In this document: positions 63,940-64,000 of the stretch, piece by piece | How the letters are laid out: the number at the start of each line of letters is the position of its first letter | Numbering within the stretch: the stretch's first letter is position 1 | Source: Eledone cirrhosa | Taxonomy: Eukaryota | Reading direction: 5' to 3' | Length of the DNA stretch: 64,000 nt | Assembly (NCBI GenBank): GCA_964016885.1 | Contig: OZ024747.1 | Location: forward strand, 33,046,001-33,110,000 | Notes under the pieces: model-generated | Databases searched by the model: none | What the model was told of the DNA's origin: nothing | Seen by the model: only the letters and a program-made list of their open reading frames with translations | Made by a program: the position numbers and the translations under genes

Positions 63940-64000
63940 TGAAATTTCCAACAAATCATACTTAATTTATTAAGGAAGGCCAATATAGATAAAAATGTCT

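Overview
AT-rich, microsatellite-dense animal DNA with no recognisable intact host gene. The tRNA-derived SINE families and (TA)n load suggest an octopus or other cephalopod (inference). The window is almost entirely retroelement debris: several RTE-clade LINEs, three Penelope-like elements (PLEs; RT plus GIY-YIG with CxC..CPLxGxC linker), a Gypsy gag-pol fragment, a tRNA-Trp-primed LTR, Tx1/L1 and R4/Dong-like 3' fragments, a Helitron fragment, two SINE families and mariner-type MITEs. Most listed long ORFs are (TA/TG)n artefacts. The main unannotated signal is 19 minimal type I hammerhead ribozyme (HHR) motifs in six sequence families, plus several weaker candidates. They show compensatory stem changes, palindromic loop III and core variants (U3-A8, U4C). 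They sit in short non-coding units arranged as partial tandems (about 430-500 bp monomers) and as divergent inverted pairs, mostly ending in (TA)n tracts. This looks like a set of PLE-mobilised, retrozyme-like non-autonomous elements. All structures were folded by eye and none was computed or tested.
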